A DNA stretch of 64,000 nucleotides from an uncultured Gammaproteobacteria bacterium (GTDB lineage: Bacteria; Pseudomonadota; Gammaproteobacteria; UBA6002): contig CAWFQC010000034.1 of assembly GCA_963817645.1 (NCBI GenBank), positions 2,871 to 66,870 on the forward strand, given 5' to 3'. The position numbers were made by a program, and so were the translations under genes. Positions 47,825 to 56,216 of the stretch are shown one piece after another. A model generated the notes under the pieces. The model had not been told where the DNA came from. It saw nothing but the letters and a program-made list of their open reading frames with translations, and ran no database searches. Every line of letters starts with the position of its first letter. Position 1 is the first letter of the stretch.

Positions 47825-48152
47825 TAATTTGAATAAAATAAATTAGGTATTCGGCCTTATCAAGAGGTCGAATCCTATACCAGGAAAAATAAATGAGTAT
47901 TAAGACGAAAGTAAAACATCTTGTCCAAAGAATAAATAAAGAATACGAACAGGCAATAGGGAGGCTGTCGAAGATTACGATGAAGCCATTTGTTTAGAGC
48001 CTGGGCATGCGATGAATATCGAAAATCGAAAAAAAATACAGTAGACTTATTCGCTCGCCAACGCTTTTTAGAAGCTCATAACGCCATCGATCCTCATATA
48101 TGGTGATAGCATTAACGGAGAGAGGGTACGTAAAGTCGGCAACTCTTCCATC

Positions 48153-48280
48153 AATGGCATTCGGTTAAGGAAGTTTGAATTAAAAATATATTATTTTTTT
48201 AAGCCCCATGAGCTTGTTCTGGACGTGCTAAAATTTTTAGTGCATTACAAAGGCCATAATTTTCCTTAACCGAATGCCAT
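48153..48280. repeat. MITE-like 128-bp unit bounded by perfect 20-bp inverted repeats
   Basis: AATGGCATTCGGTTAAGGAA at 48153-48172 and TTCCTTAACCGAATGCCATT at 48261-48280. The core is AT-rich and non-coding. Confidence 0.6.
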
Positions 48281-48492
48281 TGTCTTCAATAAGACCCGAT
48301 TAAGGCTGAGACAATGGCTCATATGGCAATGAATGATGACTTTTTGAATTGTGAGCCGTCCATTATTCACGCCTACCTATGGGGTTTAAGGCGATATGAT
48401 CAGCGAAGCAAAAGCATTGAGTGAAAAGACACTTAATGTTTTGTTTGGAGATAAAAACGTGAACATCAGGCAATGAATAAAATAGTCGAAAA

Positions 48493-49896
48493 ATGAATCT
48501 AGAACACATTAAAACGCTGTGTGAAAAGGGAGAAAAAAAGATAGTTGAGTATAAAACCTCAACAGGTGAATTGCGCGCAGCGTTTGAAACGGTTTGTGCT
48601 TTTTTAAATACGAAAGGCGGCGCTGTTCTAATAGGAGTAAAGGATGATGGCAGGATAGTAGGTCAACATATTTCTGACAACACTCGAAAAGATATTGCTA
48701 GAGAAATAAAAAGAATAGAGCCAACAACACCTATTGAGGTTGATTATATTGATTTTGAAAATAACAAAGTTGTAATTGCTATTCATGTTAGTGCGGGTGA
48801 TCATGCCCCTTATACTTATGATGGTCGCCCATGGCAGCGTGATGAATCAGAGACAAACCGAATGTCTCAGCATCGTTATGAACAATTATTAGTAAAAAGA
48901 GGTCAGTTAAATCATTCATGGGAAGTTGCAATAGCTGAAAATTATACCATTGATGATCTGGATCATGACGAAATACATCTTGCTGTAAAGCAAGGTATTA
49001 CGGTTGGTCGTGTTCCAGCAACAGCAGAAGGTGAATCAATCAAAAGTATTTTAAAAAGCTGGAACCTGCTTAATGGTGAAAGGCTGAATAACGCAGCAGT
49101 AATTCTATTTGCTAAAAAGGTGTTACCTCTCCACACACAATGTCACATTAAACTTGGACGGTTTAGAGGGACAGATATGCTGGGAGATTTTATTGATAAC
49201 AAGGAATTTTTTGGTAACGCTTTCCGCCTCTTTGAGGAAGCAAATAGTTTTATTATGCGACATTTGCCAATAGCTAGTTTTTTTGAACCTGATCGCTTCG
49301 AGCGAATAGATAAACCAGCTTTGCCAGTGTTAGCCGTCCGTGAAGCATTGGTAAATGCGATATGCCATCGTGACTACTCCAATCGTTCTTCATCTATAAA
49401 ACTGGCAATTTTTGATGATCGAATGGAAGTATGGAACAACGGCAAATTACCACCTGATTTAAAAATAAAAGATTTAAAGAAAAAACACAAATCAGAACCA
49501 CCCAACAAAAATATTGCAAAAGTTTTTTATGACAGAAAATATTTTGATGGTTGGGGTACAGGCATTGTTAAAATTTTTGATCTTTGTCGTGAAAATGATA
49601 TGCCAGAGCCTAAATATGAGGAATATTCAGGCGGAATTGAAATAACATTTAGGTTCAAAGAGGCTATAGCTATTACAAAAACAATTGTGCCAATTAAGCA
49701 GCAGCTAAGTGCAAGACAGGAAGCAATACTAATGCTTATTAAAAAAAATGGCGCTATGGGGATTCAAAAAATCATGTTAGAGCTAGAAGAACCCCCTTCG
49801 CAAAGGATGGTAAAGAAAGATTTAAATTATCTTAAAGAAATTGGATTGTTGGATTTGAAAGGAAGCGCGAGAGCGACGTTATGGCGGCTTAAATGA
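48493..49896 (+). CDS. AlbA_2 (Schlafen-like) domain, ATPase-like domain and C-terminal wHTH protein (RecG-like putative DNA-binding regulator)
   Basis: The N-terminus EKKIVEYKTSTGELRAAFETVCAFLNTKGGAVLIGVKDDGRIVG is the AlbA_2 signature. The middle EALVNAICHRDY...GWGTGI resembles the associated ATPase-like module. The C-terminal wHTH is ILMLIKKNGAMGIQKIM. Confidence 0.6.
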   Translation: MNLEHIKTLCEKGEKKIVEYKTSTGELRAAFETVCAFLNTKGGAVLIGVKDDGRIVGQHISDNTRKDIAREIKRIEPTTPIEVDYIDFENNKVVIAIHVSAGDHAPYTYDGRPWQRDESETNRMSQHRYEQLLVKRGQLNHSWEVAIAENYTIDDLDHDEIHLAVKQGITVGRVPATAEGESIKSILKSWNLLNGERLNNAAVILFAKKVLPLHTQCHIKLGRFRGTDMLGDFIDNKEFFGNAFRLFEEANSFIMRHLPIASFFEPDRFERIDKPALPVLAVREALVNAICHRDYSNRSSSIKLAIFDDRMEVWNNGKLPPDLKIKDLKKKHKSEPPNKNIAKVFYDRKYFDGWGTGIVKIFDLCRENDMPEPKYEEYSGGIEITFRFKEAIAITKTIVPIKQQLSARQEAILMLIKKNGAMGIQKIMLELEEPPSQRMVKKDLNYLKEIGLLDLKGSARATLWRLK

Positions 49897-49903
49897 GTGA
49901 TGT

Positions 49904-49942
49904 GGGAACTATCGGGAACTATCGGGAACTATCGGGAACTAT
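49904..49942. repeat. 10-bp tandem repeat GGGAACTATC, ~3.9 copies
   Basis: Read directly, immediately after the 48493-49896 stop codon. Confidence 0.9.
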
Positions 49943-50249
49943 GATGCTACGATAGATGAGACGGCCGCTTTTAAGCGATATCCAAGAATAAAGTTGAGAG
50001 AAGTTGAACGAAATGATAAGTGGAATTAAGTTTTGGCAAGAAAACACAGTAGCATAAAGAATCTATTGTCATTTGGATACACATAACATGCTTTATATGA
50101 CTCTTAAAATGCTCGAATATTTCTCACTAAAAATACTAGAAAAACGTTTTAACATGTGTAATGATACACGCCATGAAAAAATAAGCAGAGACTTTTTATG
50201 AGTAGAAACGGGATTACCTATCTGGATGTGGCACGATGTGCGGAGGAGC

Positions 50250-52421
50250 TCAGCTCTGAAGCATCATTACGTAAAAACCTCTGATTTTCTATCCGCCCCA
50301 TCTACCTTCTACTATTTTTTTCATTTCTATATATTTTTTGACATAACCACGACATATCTTTGATCTAAATTGATACAAAATATTTTTTTCAGACGAGAAA
50401 AATCATCGACTATTACATTCGATTCTTATTTTGCCTATGATGGCTTAATTAAAAAAGTACAAAAAAATATTTTTTATTCAAGTTGCAATGTTAACCGTAC
50501 CGGCTTTTTATATTGTTGCTCATACCACTCTTTGGATAACCACGGATTAAAGATCGTTTCTTTGATTAGTTTTAGTATCGCTGAGCATCCTTGCTCTTTA
50601 ATCCATTTTTTCAATCTTTTTGTAAATTCAGAAAGCGCATTAACTGCATGAGCCAATCGCATTAATAAATGAAAACCTTGCATCGCATTCCAGTTATACG
50701 AAAACGCATGTTCGTAATGATAACCTCGGTGCTTTTCAGTATTAATGCTGTCTTCTAGCAATCCAATTTTCCTTCCACCTAAATTACAAAGTTCATGCAC
50801 GTTTTTAATATTAATACGAATACTTGATAACCATTGATGTTGTGAATATTTAAAAATAATCTCACCTGTTTTTTTATCAACTTCTTCCCATTTTTCTAAG
50901 CAACTTACTAAATTAATCTTTAATTGCAATTCGTATCCCCAGATGGCGTCATGATACCAGCAAAATTCTTGATATCTTTCTCGGTAATAGGCTTGTCCAG
51001 GAACGGTTTGCGCCGCATCTTTTCTCGAATTTATTAATTCTGAAAAATGTTTTAATTTATTTTTTGAAAACTGAATGACGTATTCCAATCTGTTCTGTGT
51101 TAATATTTCTAATACCGATTGTACAGCAAATAATGCATCTGCAAACATAATTATTTTTAATCGAGGAAAATATTTTTTTAATTTATCAGCTAAACGTGTG
51201 AAGGCAACAAGCTCGCAGTCCTGTTTGCCTTCCGGATTGTTGAATACATTCCAATCAGTTCGGAGATATTCTGTGAGCAAGGGAATTGTTAAGCCGTTTT
51301 TAAATACAATATTTGCTTCTAATACATAAACATATTGCTGATTTGGTCCCGCTTCCTCATTACCTACTTTGCGAGATAACCAGCGTAAATCATGTAATTC
51401 TCCGTCACGATATAATTTTTGGGTCCCATCAATCGCAATCGGTAAGCAACCTGATATTAATAACTTTTTAAACTTCTTATTCCTGATCAATTTGTTAATC
51501 AACAAAATATGTGTCTTTTCAATGTCCCTTACATTGATTTTCTCTAATACTCTGGACAACGTATCTGCGTGTGGAATAGACTCTAATTCAGGAAATATCT
51601 TTTGTAAATTTTCAAAAATAACCATCCCACTTAATTCTCGATTTATTTCACGTCGGGAGCTTAATCGAAAAATAAAAGCCAATAATCCATAAAGCATGAC
51701 CACTACTAATTTATGCTTAACGCTTTTAGCACGCCTGCAATCATGTATCTTTGAAAAACGTTTGATTAAAATAGGTAGAACACTTCGCCATGCCTGGATT
51801 TGGGATGATAATTTATCTGCTCGATCAACAGTCATTTCTTCAACGCTACTATGCCTTTGTTTTATATTACGCGCTTGCGTGCGTGGAACAATCAACGATT
51901 GTGTTTCGACATTATGTTCATGAATGATTTGATAACTTGCTTCAATTTTCGCTTTCAACTGCTCTTGTTTAAATTGCTTGAAATAAATCGACTCTATTAA
52001 TTTAGGAACACTGGCATTGTCCACTTTTTGGGATGTCATCGCCTGCGTCAATCCTTTCTTTTCATTGGCCTCTTTTATTATCTTTCGCTCTTCAACTATT
52101 CGGTATAAATCGGGATTTTCTTGACGATGTCGGTGTAAAATTTCTTCAGCCCTATCAAATAATTCATGAATATATGACGTATGCTTGGCCGGGTGCTCCA
52201 TATCTTGTTGTATCTGCGCATCATTCATAGATTCCTCCTGGGGTATGAAATATCTTTACTTTTTGGGATTTTTATGAGATTTTTATAGTAGCACGATGTT
52301 GATTGATTAACTATTAGCCAAATTGGTTTATAAACCATCAACAATTAGTGCGACAATTTTATAATTGAGCTATTCTAAGTCATTGATTTATTTATTGCTA
52401 TATACTGATGCTTCAGGGCTG
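50250..52421 (-). mobile_element. IS-B copy B (intact, 2172 bp)
   Basis: Ends TCAGCTCTGAAGCATCA (50250) and TGATGCTTCAGGGCTG (ending 52421). Same length and same encoded proteins as copy C. Confidence 0.85.
50474..52228 (-). CDS. IS-B transposase (584 aa, DDE, IS4-superfamily-like)
   Basis: Intact ORF, identical in translation to 61273-63027. Contains IAIDGTQK, MFADALFAV and INTEKHRGYHYEHAF blocks. Confidence 0.8.
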   Translation of the reverse strand: MNDAQIQQDMEHPAKHTSYIHELFDRAEEILHRHRQENPDLYRIVEERKIIKEANEKKGLTQAMTSQKVDNASVPKLIESIYFKQFKQEQLKAKIEASYQIIHEHNVETQSLIVPRTQARNIKQRHSSVEEMTVDRADKLSSQIQAWRSVLPILIKRFSKIHDCRRAKSVKHKLVVVMLYGLLAFIFRLSSRREINRELSGMVIFENLQKIFPELESIPHADTLSRVLEKINVRDIEKTHILLINKLIRNKKFKKLLISGCLPIAIDGTQKLYRDGELHDLRWLSRKVGNEEAGPNQQYVYVLEANIVFKNGLTIPLLTEYLRTDWNVFNNPEGKQDCELVAFTRLADKLKKYFPRLKIIMFADALFAVQSVLEILTQNRLEYVIQFSKNKLKHFSELINSRKDAAQTVPGQAYYRERYQEFCWYHDAIWGYELQLKINLVSCLEKWEEVDKKTGEIIFKYSQHQWLSSIRINIKNVHELCNLGGRKIGLLEDSINTEKHRGYHYEHAFSYNWNAMQGFHLLMRLAHAVNALSEFTKRLKKWIKEQGCSAILKLIKETIFNPWLSKEWYEQQYKKPVRLTLQLE

Positions 52422-52434
52422 CCTGGGATGGCTT

Positions 52435-52806
52435 TCAATGAACAATATCATCAGACCATCTGTCACGATTTATCCAATAAGGACACTCTTGGCATGATTC
52501 TCCATCTGGGTAATCAATACCTTCTTCATGAGGACAGCCAATAATTTTATTAAGCATTATAACTGAAGATACTTCGTTATCTTGTATTATTTTTAAAATT
52601 TCATCCATTATTTTAAGGTGGTTTCTAACATCAGTTTCTGATTGCCATCATGCCATAATAGGGTCTGCATTTTCATGGGTTATTATTCCTACAGCTACTT
52701 TAGTAGCTAATTTATTCGTGGGACCGTAAAAAGCAATACTTGCAACAGGATATCCTTTAAATCCCTTTTTTGCCTTTTTCTCTAATGATTTTTTAGCTCT
52801 GTTCAT
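52435..52806 (-). pseudogene. Small conserved-looking Cys-motif protein (123 codons) with an in-frame TGA at codon 53
   Basis: MNRAKKSLEKKAKKGFKGYPVASIAFYGPTNKLATKVAVGIITHENADPIMA*WQSETDV...IIGCPHEEGIDYPDGESCQECPYWINRDRW. The TGA is the reverse complement of 52648-52650. Confidence 0.5.
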
Positions 52807-53031
52807 TCTTAAAAAACCTTATTTAATAACTAGCAATTCTGATTAAGAAACATGACTTTCCAACTTCTTTAGTAACCCATGGCGATATTTTTTTGTCTTA
52901 ATATCTCTTTCTTCAAGAACAGCATCATCTTCAGCTCTCCTATGTTAAAAAAATTATAACAATTTAAGAAAGCTGACACAGTTATTTAAACACTACCGTT
53001 TTACCAAGGCTATTCTTTATAAAAAAGCTCG

Positions 53032-53676
53032 TCAACATAAAGAAATTTTTTCCTCTTTAGATGTATTCTCTTTCAAATGAAGATAAGTGCTTTCTAAAAC
53101 TTCTGGCGTGTCTGAAACTATTTCCCATATTTCAGAATTAGCTTTTAAATATGCCAGCACGACATTAAATTTTTTATCAGCCTCGGCCTTATTTTGATTT
53201 TGAGATTCTTCAGGCTTTTTTTCAAAAACATTAGGAAAAAATCTAGGTTTTTTAGGGGCAGGTTCGTTCGTGCTTTCTTTTAACCTTTCTATTTCTTCTT
53301 CTCTTCGTAACATTTTTTTGGCGGAAGGAAAAATTTCATCTTTAAGAAATACTTGCAATTCCTCTTTAGGACTTGCTAAGTCAAATGTTTTTCCAATGAT
53401 AGTATTTTTGTTTTTTTCGCTTATTTCACCTTCAAGTAAAATATTAACTTCCACACTAAAAAATCTTGTTAATTTTCTTCTTAGACTGCTTTTATCGAAC
53501 AAAGAATATTTTGCATCTTCAGCGGAGCTTATCAAAAAATTTAATTTATGGGCTTCATTGAATAAAACAGGCGCAAATAATCTTATAGAAGTAATTTTAT
53601 CTGTAAGATTAGAAAATTCTGTAGAATTTAATTTATCCAACAATTGTTCTTCTGATGGGTATTCTTTCGCTAACAT
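53032..53676 (-). CDS. Hypothetical protein (214 aa, K/E-rich)
   Basis: Long ORF on the same strand as its neighbours. No recognisable motif. Confidence 0.5.
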   Translation of the reverse strand: MLAKEYPSEEQLLDKLNSTEFSNLTDKITSIRLFAPVLFNEAHKLNFLISSAEDAKYSLFDKSSLRRKLTRFFSVEVNILLEGEISEKNKNTIIGKTFDLASPKEELQVFLKDEIFPSAKKMLRREEEIERLKESTNEPAPKKPRFFPNVFEKKPEESQNQNKAEADKKFNVVLAYLKANSEIWEIVSDTPEVLESTYLHLKENTSKEEKISLC

Positions 53677-53730
53677 TTTGTTTTCTCCTATTAAATGTAA
53701 AAGCTCTCATTTTTGTAAAAAGTCATTACA

Positions 53731-54888
53731 TTATTGTTTTTTGCGGGTAGTCGTGGTCGTATTATTACTCGGCTTTTCCTCTTTTTGATTTTGTGATGTT
53801 CTAGAAAATGGTGTTTTTGTGGTTTTATTTTCTGGTACACTTCCAGGTTTGAACATGGTCGCAGTATTTCTATCTGAAAAACTACTCCTTATTGCCCCGC
53901 TTTTTATATTTTGGCCTGAAATTTTAGCTTTTTCATTTTCTTGGGACTTCGATATTTGAAAATTTTCTTCAAATTGATTAAGCGCAGGTTCGAAGAAAAA
54001 TAAATAGCTTTCCGTATTCAGTGTATTAAGTAACAAGTTCTTTTTTGCCTCAGTTATTTCCAAATCATGAGGCTCCATTGAATGACAAAAATCTTCTCTT
54101 AAATCTCGAATTGTCTGTAAAGCGTTTTTTTCACCTTCATCAAGAGTTTTCCATGCAGATTTTAAATTAGGCTCCTTAGAATCTATTAGGTCTCTTAAAC
54201 ATGTACAAATCTTTACAAAATTCATATTAACCGCATAATAATTTTCAGAGTGCTTTAATTGTTGATCTACCTTCGTAATGATTGAAATTGATCCTATACA
54301 AGTTTTTAAAAAATTGAATCTGCTGGCATTTGCGAAGGTTTTATTTTTTATAGCGTTAAGGGTTTCCTTCCAGGAAGAAATCCATCCTAACTGAGCAGCT
54401 CTGGCATTTTTATTCAATACATGTAGCTGTTTATTATCTTCTACAATAAAATTTTTAAGCAACAATATATGTGATCTTAGCTGAAGATTATTAATATCAA
54501 TAATATTTTTGTTATTTTCGTCTATTTTATGATAAAAATCGGCAAGTATATGTCTTATGTTTTTAATATTATCCAAAAGAACTTTTAGTGAAATAGTTTC
54601 TATTCCCGCTGCCAGAGCAATTGCTTTTTTCTCTACCACAGAACCAGAAATATGAAAAATATTTCTTTTCATCTGTACGGCTAACTCCCCTTGAAGAATT
54701 AACATATATTCTATCGCTAACACGACCACGTCATGACTTCTCTCTCTTTCTCCGTCATTTCCGAGTAATTTTTCAAAATATTCCGAAATCTTGCCCATTT
54801 GTTTAAGTTGTGATATATAAAGTAATTTTTCAGTATCTTCTTCCACTTTATTTCTTCTCATTAAGTTTTTGTTCTTATTCAAAGGCAT
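53731..54888 (-). CDS. Hypothetical protein (385 aa) with two HEPN-like R-x(4-7)-H segments and a disordered T/K-rich tail
   Basis: Long ORF. Motifs NIRHILADFYHKID and IRDLREDFCHSMEPHD seen by eye only. Confidence 0.5.
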   Translation of the reverse strand: MPLNKNKNLMRRNKVEEDTEKLLYISQLKQMGKISEYFEKLLGNDGERERSHDVVVLAIEYMLILQGELAVQMKRNIFHISGSVVEKKAIALAAGIETISLKVLLDNIKNIRHILADFYHKIDENNKNIIDINNLQLRSHILLLKNFIVEDNKQLHVLNKNARAAQLGWISSWKETLNAIKNKTFANASRFNFLKTCIGSISIITKVDQQLKHSENYYAVNMNFVKICTCLRDLIDSKEPNLKSAWKTLDEGEKNALQTIRDLREDFCHSMEPHDLEITEAKKNLLLNTLNTESYLFFFEPALNQFEENFQISKSQENEKAKISGQNIKSGAIRSSFSDRNTATMFKPGSVPENKTTKTPFSRTSQNQKEEKPSNNTTTTTRKKQ

Positions 54889-54918
54889 TTAATGTACTTA
54901 AATTTTACAGATGAATTA

Positions 54919-55439
54919 TTAAATGTTGAAGTATTTTATTGACCTATCAATTACCTCAAAACGACCATTTCCATCTTGAAATGGATGTATTCTGACTTTA
55001 TTATAATACGCTATAGAAGCCGTAATAATTGCGTGCTTTTCATTTAAGTTGTCATTGATCCATTGACAAAGATCATATATTTGAGAGGATACCAGAAACG
55101 GTTCAACATACTCGTGGATAGTACCATCAGGTTGAAGCACATAATTAGGTTCCTTTTTGTATTCACCTGGATATACTTTTTTCTGCACAGGTTTTCCTAT
55201 GGTATCTCTACCTGGAATAAAATCAATGCTTTTTAATAAAAGTGCATTTAAAGATCTTCTTTCAGGCTACTCGCTTTTTCTAAAGACGCAGTTAAAGCTG
55301 GCGTCGTTTTTACACGATAAAATTGATCCACCGGATTATTTCCAAAAAATGAGTTATGTTGGTAACGCCTAGGTATTTTAGCACATACCGGTGGTATACC
55401 TTGAATGATACGAGGAAATTTTAAAAAAAGCTCTTGCAT
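54919..55439 (-). pseudogene. Fic-domain protein remnant (frameshifted, truncated just after the Fic motif)
   Basis: ORF 54919-55188 ends ...AIITASIAYYNKVRIHPFQDGNGRFEVI..., which is the HPFxxGNGR Fic motif. The upstream piece 55248-55439 is in another frame. Confidence 0.65.
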
Positions 55440-55483
55440 ATTATTTAGCCCCTTTACATATTCAACAAAACTACATCGCTTGA

Positions 55484-56041
55484 TTATCGCAAATACTGAT
55501 ATAGTGTTTGACGACTGATACCAAATTTTCGTGCAACCTGCGCTTTCTTTTTTCCCGTGATAACGGCTTCTTTTAATTCTAATACCTGAGCAGAAGATAA
55601 CGATTTTTTTCGCCCTTTGTAAGCACCACGCTGCTTCGCCAAAGCAATCCCTTCCCGTTGCCTCTCTCGTATTAATGCTCGTTCAAATTCAGCAAATGCA
55701 CCCATCACTGAAAGCAAAAGATTCGTCATCGGTGAATCTTCACCGGTAAAAGTCAAGTTCTCTTTGATAAATTGGATTTTAATACCTTTCTGCGTCAAGG
55801 TGTGTACAATTTGTCTCAAATCATCTAAATTTCTTGCCAATCGGTCAAGACTATGGACGATGACAGTGTCGCTCTCCCGCACAAAACGCATTAAAGCTTC
55901 TAACTCGGTACGTTGGGTATTTTTGCCAGAGGCTTTATCGGTAAAAACCCAATTGAGAGGAATATCTGCGAGTTGCCGATCGGGATTTTGATCGAAGCTG
56001 CTCACACGAATGTAACCAACACGCTCACCTGTCATGTTCAT
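55484..56041 (-). CDS. Serine recombinase (resolvase/invertase family)
   Basis: 185 aa. N-terminal catalytic GYIRVSSFDQNPDRQ, a central SLDRLARN, and a C-terminal HTH ARKFGISRQTLYQYL. Confidence 0.9.
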   Translation of the reverse strand: MNMTGERVGYIRVSSFDQNPDRQLADIPLNWVFTDKASGKNTQRTELEALMRFVRESDTVIVHSLDRLARNLDDLRQIVHTLTQKGIKIQFIKENLTFTGEDSPMTNLLLSVMGAFAEFERALIRERQREGIALAKQRGAYKGRKKSLSSAQVLELKEAVITGKKKAQVARKFGISRQTLYQYLR

Positions 56042-56049
56042 TGACTCCT

Positions 56050-56145
56050 GAAACTGTCAGGATAAAATCTAAATTATTCTTTAACAAATGTCAATTTATT
56101 TTAAAAGCAATCCTAATCTGACAGATTTAAGGCGCGTATCTGACG
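56050..56145. promoter_or_regulatory. Possible res-like recombinase binding region upstream of the serine recombinase gene
   Basis: Half-site-like motifs TGTCAGG (56054), TGTCAA (56088), CTGACA (56117) and CTGACG (56139) in the 175-bp intergenic region. Confidence 0.3.
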
Positions 56146-56216
56146 TCCAGTTAGAGTCTACTCAATACTCACATAACTGTCTTCCACAGAACTCCCATAA
56201 GGCTAGTTTTCTAAAG

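Noticed and set aside
47836..47875. ggtcgaatcc motif downstream of the CsbD-like gene, considered as a tRNA T-arm or a terminator
   Set aside because: No cloverleaf can be drawn around it. The imperfect hairpin lacks a T-tract, so support is too weak for either call.
50209..50249. 18-codon ORF start MSRNGITYLDVARCAEEL, resembling a KfrA-type N-terminus, cut by IS-B copy B
   Set aside because: It is too short for a family call. I tried joining it to the other IS-B flanks in this window (35526, 43494, 52422, 61079) and none gives a convincing continuation.
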